From a virus: a DNA stretch of 38,676 nt. The notes under the pieces were generated by a model that was given only the letters and a program-made list of their open reading frames with translations, did no database searches and was not told the origin of the DNA. Made by a program: the position numbers and the translations under genes. Position 1 is the stretch's first letter. Each line of letters opens with the position of its first letter. The DNA lies in IMG/VR virus record IMGVR_UViG_3300009100_000008. One strand, written 5' to 3'. Shown here piece by piece: positions 38,330 through 38,676 of this stretch.

Positions 38330-38470
38330 GGGCGTCCTGTCGGTTGTGCTGACGGGGGTAACCAGGCGAGCCAGACCGCGAGGACGGCCAGGCAGGCGGC
38401 GGCGAGTAGTAACGCGGTGTCGGTGTTCAGCGGGGCCTCCAGTCGGTCGGCAGCGTGTGGTCGGCACGGG

Positions 38471-38676
38471 TCAGGCGGGAACCAGCTCGGCCTCCTCGAT
38501 GCGCCGCAGCCACGCCTGGCGCCAGGCACGCAGCTGCGCGAGTTCCTCGTCGCTGCTGCGCAGCGGCTGGAGCAGGCCGAGGAAGTCCTCGCCGCAGGAC
38601 AGGACCAGCACCGAGTTGCGGCCGGTCATCTCCAGGGCGAGGGAGCGGGCGTAGGCGGCCGACGCGGCGCGGAACA
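38471..38676 (-). CDS. 3' part of the DnaN-like CDS (last 68 codons); nt 38554-38676 duplicate nt 1-123
   Basis: ...LLQPLRSSDEELAQLRAWRQAWLRRIEEAELVPA then TGA at 38473-38471. In frame with the 1-613 segment across the overlap (613 + 83 = 696 nt). Confidence 0.5.
   Translation of the reverse strand, partial: FRAASAAYARSLALEMTGRNSVLVLSCGEDFLGLLQPLRSSDEELAQLRAWRQAWLRRIEEAELVPA
38554..38676. repeat. Terminal direct repeat, copy 2 (identical to 1-123)
   Basis: Read directly. Confidence 0.97.

Larger units (their letters stand above)
1..38553. mobile_element. One complete circular unit (38553 bp) of a temperate HK97-fold siphovirus-like actinophage genome; the window is this unit plus a 123-nt overlap
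   Basis: nt 1-123 are identical to nt 38554-38676, and a minus-strand CDS reads in frame through the join. The window holds terminase, portal, protease, capsid, tail, lysis, integrase, repressor-type, recombination and replication genes, and no obvious host genes. Confidence 0.85.

Noticed and set aside
38330-38467. N-terminal 46 codons of the 390-aa track ORF (start at 38467)
   Set aside because: Third-position G/C in that frame falls to 13/20 (38341-38400) and 10/20 (38401-38460), against 20/20 just downstream. The segment reads as Arg/Pro/Thr filler, so I moved the start to GTG 38329.
38278-38529. 83-aa ORF with a hydrophobic helix (ALLLAAACLAVLAVWLAWL) between the clamp-like gene and the initiator-like gene
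   Set aside because: Locally it has good third-position bias (13/13 G/C in 38362-38398). However, there is no ATG/GTG/TTG downstream of the preceding gene's stop (only CTG), and its tail overlaps the initiator start. It is unresolved and not called as a feature.

Overview
High-GC sequence with actinobacterial-style codon bias. The first and last 123 nt are identical, and a minus-strand gene reads in frame through that join. The window is therefore one closed 38,553-bp replicon plus an overlap. The content is a complete temperate HK97-fold siphovirus-like phage, or its excised circular form. Almost everything is transcribed leftward (minus strand) in tightly coupled operons. In transcription order: (1) a divergent switch region (~8965-9109) and a Cro/Xis-type HTH; (2) about 20 small early genes chained by ATGA/GTGA overlaps, including three small membrane proteins, RecT, a Cas4-like PD-(D/E)XK exonuclease, an HNH, a RuvC-like resolvase and a ParB-like protein; (3) across the circular junction, a short DnaN-like protein, a wHTH initiator-like gene carrying an iteron array, small Zn-ribbon/Cys-rich proteins and an HTH_17-type protein; (4) a 200-bp hairpin-rich gap; (5) the late genes: HNH, a G-rich/palindromic cos-like region, TerS, TerL, portal, protease, major capsid, an unusual five-gene insert (small coiled-coil protein, internally duplicated protein, Ig-like protein, an unrecognised 147-aa protein, 13 x 20-aa repeat protein), connector/neck, tail tube, a chaperone with a -1-frame extension, tape measure, a Dit-LamG fusion, a small fibre-like protein and a lysis cassette. 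The rightward genes form the lysogeny/accessory side (9110-14144): a CI-like HTH, a 2-TM protein, a 398-aa HTH plus helical-repeat regulator followed by a tandem 16-bp repeat, two unknown small proteins and a DUF4352-like membrane protein. A minus-strand large serine integrase sits among them, with a 52-bp attP-like imperfect palindrome abutting its start codon. I saw no rRNA, tRNA or CRISPR. Many long ORFs in the supplied track are antisense or off-frame shadows typical of high-GC DNA. I chose frames by hand-counted third-position G/C bias, RBS and start/stop coupling. All functional names come from motif recognition by eye, not from database searches.
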